DNA from: Candidatus Heimdallarchaeota archaeon
GTDB lineage: Archaea; Asgardarchaeota; Heimdallarchaeia; Heimdallarchaeales; Heimdallarchaeaceae
DNA length: 19,975 bases
NCBI GenBank assembly: GCA_019057375.1
Contig: DXJF01000009.1
Coordinates: 1 to 19,975, forward strand
Direction: 5' to 3'
The number at the start of each line of letters is the position of its first letter. Position 1 is the first letter of the stretch. The notes beneath the pieces are model-generated. The model was given only the letters and a program-made list of their open reading frames with translations. It was not told the origin of the DNA and did no database searches. A program made the position numbers and the translations under genes. Below are positions 17,003 through 19,975 of this stretch, piece by piece.

Positions 17003-19087
17003 ATGAGTAATCGTAGAGAGAGTGAAACTGAGATAGATGATTATATCTTTTGTCCCAAATGTGGGAAAATCATACCATCTAATGCAAATAATGGAATTTG
17101 TACTAAATGCGACACACCTCTCAGTCAACCAGTTGTTCATAAGCGAGTAAATACGAATAAAGTGTGGGAGGAGTATTTTCCTTATATTGAAGTTAGACCT
17201 CTTCAAGATCAAATTATTGAGAGTATTTCTGAAGAGAACAACAATCAAAAACATGTAACTATTCAAGCTGCTAACGGTGTAGGTAAAACAATCGCTGTTT
17301 TGACAGCTTTATTACCAATCTGCATAAAGAAAAAGAAAACTATAGTTTACTGTTGCAGAACTCATCAACAAATGAGTAGGGTGATAGAAGAACTAAAGAT
17401 GATTAAACAGCTTAAACCTATTTCAGGAATTGCTCTAAGAGGGAGAAAAGAATTATGTTTACACCCTATTATTCAGAAGTTTGCATTAGATTCCGCAAAT
17501 GCTGCAGATATTTGCAGATATCTAAAAAAAGAGAATAAATGCAAATATTTCTCCAACATTGCTAATAAAGATATTAAAACAAAAATAGATGAGATAACTA
17601 AAAAGCAAGTTCTAGATAGTTTGGAGATATTTGGAATTGGAAAATCCCTTGAAGTATGCCCATTTGAAATTTCGAAGAAAGTGATACCAAACGTAAATGT
17701 TGTAGCAGCTAGTTATCAACATATTTTCAATCCGGGAGTACAAGCGAATTTCCTAATGAATTTGGATAAAGAATTGAAGGACATCATATTAGTAATTGAT
17801 GAAGCTCATAATTTACCTTCAACAGCTGTTGATATTAGTAGTAGTAGTTTATCAAATTTTAGTATTGATAATGCTAAATCAGAAGCGATGAAATACAAGA
17901 TGGGTGAAATTTATGATCTACTAGATGCTTTATCTTTAGTATTGCTTGATGAGAGTTCTTCTTTAGAAATAAATGAAGAAATGGTTTTCAATCCAGTAGA
18001 TATTATTAAAAAAGTAGAGAAGGAAGCTGGTCAAAAAATTGATGACCAGCTCCTAAAATCGCTAGACAGACTTGCTGATTTCGTTAAAGAAATGCAAGCT
18101 AAACAGAATAAAGCTCCTCTTTCTTACACATCTGCAGTTGTATCCTATCTCAAACGGCTTCTTGAAACAAAAACAAGAGATGACTATGCTCATTTCATTT
18201 TGAAAACAGAATCAAAAGCTGGAAACATAGGTTCAAAACTATTAACACAATCGCTTGACCCAAGATCAATAACAGGAGATATTCTAGCTAATGTACATAT
18301 GTCTGTTTCCTTATCAGGAACTTTAGATCCAATTGAAGCCTATACATCACTGATTGGGCTTCCACTTGAAAATTTAAAGAGTCTTAGTTTGCCTTCTCCT
18401 TACAAAAAAGAAAACCATGTTACTTTGGTAATTGATAAGCTTTCATCCAAACTAGAAGATCGAATTCCTGCTACATTTCTGAAAATGATGGAAGTAATTA
18501 CAGAAACAGTTGAGTCAACACCAAAAAATGTAGGTATTTTCTGTGCAAGTTATGTTATTATGAAAAGTATCCTTGAAACAGGTTTAGAAAGAGCTATATC
18601 AAAACCTCTTTTTATTGCTCATCAGGGAATGTCTTCTCGAGAAAACGATAAATTAATTCAGGATTTTAAGAATGAATCCAAGAAGAAAGGTGGTGTATTA
18701 ATTTCTGTTCTAGGGGGTAGGTCATCTGAAGGTAGTGACTATCCAGCAAGTGAAATGCAGAGTGTAATTATTGTAGGAATTCCTTATGCAAGACCAACTC
18801 CTACAGTAAAAGCCAGCATAGATTATTTGGAAAAGCAATTTCCAACCAAGGGGAGAGAGTTTGGCTATAATATCCCTGCAATTACAAGAGCAGCTCAAGC
18901 AGCGGGGAGACCAATTAGAAGCTTGGAAGATTACGCAGTAATCATGTTACTTGACTATCGCTTTGCTAGACATTATTATAAAAAACATCTCCCTGTATGG
19001 TTAAAGGATAACTTACATCTAGTGCAACCAGAAAAGGAAATATTGCAGGATAAAATTAAACAATTCTATCAATACCATGGAGACTAA
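17003..19087 (+). CDS. xpd: XPD/Rad3-family Fe-S SF2 DNA helicase with N-terminal zinc ribbon
   Basis: Q motif RPLQ, Walker A AANGVGKT, Fe-S cysteines (LCLHP, ICRY, KCKYF, VCPF), DEAH, SGTL, SEGSDY, QAAGRPIR. N-terminal CPKC..CTKC. Confidence 0.93.
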   Translation: MSNRRESETEIDDYIFCPKCGKIIPSNANNGICTKCDTPLSQPVVHKRVNTNKVWEEYFPYIEVRPLQDQIIESISEENNNQKHVTIQAANGVGKTIAVLTALLPICIKKKKTIVYCCRTHQQMSRVIEELKMIKQLKPISGIALRGRKELCLHPIIQKFALDSANAADICRYLKKENKCKYFSNIANKDIKTKIDEITKKQVLDSLEIFGIGKSLEVCPFEISKKVIPNVNVVAASYQHIFNPGVQANFLMNLDKELKDIILVIDEAHNLPSTAVDISSSSLSNFSIDNAKSEAMKYKMGEIYDLLDALSLVLLDESSSLEINEEMVFNPVDIIKKVEKEAGQKIDDQLLKSLDRLADFVKEMQAKQNKAPLSYTSAVVSYLKRLLETKTRDDYAHFILKTESKAGNIGSKLLTQSLDPRSITGDILANVHMSVSLSGTLDPIEAYTSLIGLPLENLKSLSLPSPYKKENHVTLVIDKLSSKLEDRIPATFLKMMEVITETVESTPKNVGIFCASYVIMKSILETGLERAISKPLFIAHQGMSSRENDKLIQDFKNESKKKGGVLISVLGGRSSEGSDYPASEMQSVIIVGIPYARPTPTVKASIDYLEKQFPTKGREFGYNIPAITRAAQAAGRPIRSLEDYAVIMLLDYRFARHYYKKHLPVWLKDNLHLVQPEKEILQDKIKQFYQYHGD

Positions 19088-19598
19088 TATCTCATCTTTT
19101 GGGAAATTGAGAAACTATTTTAAGACTCATAACCAAACAACAGATATGAAGGTCATTTATGAAATAAAAAACACAAGTGAGTTTCTCAATCAATTAAATC
19201 TGATTGCTCAGAAATATGGAGCACAGGTTTCAAAACAAGATGAAGGACCAGGGCATTTTATTTTCATCAAATCCAGACTTAAAATTGCTGAAAAACGGAA
19301 AGACAACAAACAATATGCATATGTTTGGGGAGCTACAGATGAAGATCTTTCTTTCTTGGAATCTTTTTGGGGAGAACCTGATCAAGTTATTGTACTAAAA
19401 ATGACACCTCTCGAATTTGCATCTGAGCTAATTGAAATTCCACAAGCAGAAACACTTACTGTAGAGGAAATATTACAGATCATGAATATTACTGATAGAG
19501 ATTTCAAACAATACTCAAGATATATTAAAATGGCTTCTAGAAAATCTGATATCTCCGAAGATGTAAAACGTGCAAACACAATTTTAAAACATCTGTAG
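19077..19598 (+). CDS. Hypothetical protein
   Basis: 173-aa ORF overlapping the xpd stop by 11 nt; alternative start ATG 19146. No motif recognised. Confidence 0.7.
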   Translation: METNISSFGKLRNYFKTHNQTTDMKVIYEIKNTSEFLNQLNLIAQKYGAQVSKQDEGPGHFIFIKSRLKIAEKRKDNKQYAYVWGATDEDLSFLESFWGEPDQVIVLKMTPLEFASELIEIPQAETLTVEEILQIMNITDRDFKQYSRYIKMASRKSDISEDVKRANTILKHL

Positions 19599-19656
19599 AA
19601 ATCTTGGTTTGGTTTAGACCATACATATTTATTTAGTATTATCTGTATGTATAGAT

Positions 19657-19975
19657 ATGATTAGAAAAAAACAAATTATCTTTTTAGCAATTTTGTCGCT
19701 ACTTTTACCATCATTTATTCCATTTAGTGCAAATCAACAAGTACTTGTTGCTACAAATTTTGCTAATAATCTAGATAATATTACTTTAGATACTATTACA
19801 ACAGAAACATTTTCAGGAATAACAAATATTACTACTTTTGTAGGACCAGATAATGCACATGAAATTGTTATAAATTCTATTAAAAATGCACAATTAACCT
19901 TCTATCTCGAAGTTTATACATTGTCAAGTGAATCTTTAATTAATGAGCTTATTGCAGCTTATGTCAGAGGAGTTA
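19657..19975 (+). CDS. Secreted phospholipase D-like domain protein (3' truncated by window edge; not on ORF track)
   Basis: Manual translation gives MIRKKQIIFLAILSLLLPSF (signal peptide)...TFVGPDNAHEIVINSIKNAQLTFYLEVYTLSSESLINELIAAYVRGV, typical of the region preceding the HKD motif in PLDc_2 domains. The HKD motif would lie outside the window. Confidence 0.75.
   Translation, partial: MIRKKQIIFLAILSLLLPSFIPFSANQQVLVATNFANNLDNITLDTITTETFSGITNITTFVGPDNAHEIVINSIKNAQLTFYLEVYTLSSESLINELIAAYVRGV

Noticed and set aside
16946-17266. 106-aa minus-strand ORF
   Set aside because: Antisense to the xpd 5' end.
19204-19579. ORFs 19204-19398 (+) and 19382-19579 (-)
   Set aside because: Alternative-frame and antisense overlaps within the 173-aa gene.
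1-19975. tRNA, rRNA or CRISPR arrays
   Set aside because: No cloverleaf-like GC-rich segment, rRNA-like sequence or regularly spaced repeats were seen.

Overview
AT-rich archaeal window, most consistent with an Asgard archaeon. This is inferred from two Roadblock/LC7 genes, a longin-like gene, archaeal XPD and COG1107 RecJ-like genes, and TATA-type promoters. In order it contains: the 3' end of a TSP3-repeat protein; a degraded DDE transposase not on the ORF track (458-~1085, minus); thioredoxin; a Zn-finger hypothetical; a Roadblock gene; a membrane-anchored S8 protease with site-1-protease-like architecture; a stand-alone, unusually large TnpB/Cas12-like gene; a HAD-IIA phosphatase; a polytopic membrane protein; a RecJ/HAN-like DHH nuclease; a DUF5752-like gene; a second Roadblock gene; a longin-like gene; a PD-(D/E)xK nuclease coupled to a TPR protein; XPD helicase; a hypothetical; and the 5' end of a secreted PLD-like protein. 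The best candidate for a novel system is the 620-640 aa TnpB-like protein. Its third RuvC catalytic Asp is replaced by His, it has no tnpA or CRISPR array nearby, and a structured omegaRNA-like 3' end runs into the predicted promoter of the S8 protease. All family calls are from motif recognition by eye; no database searches were run.
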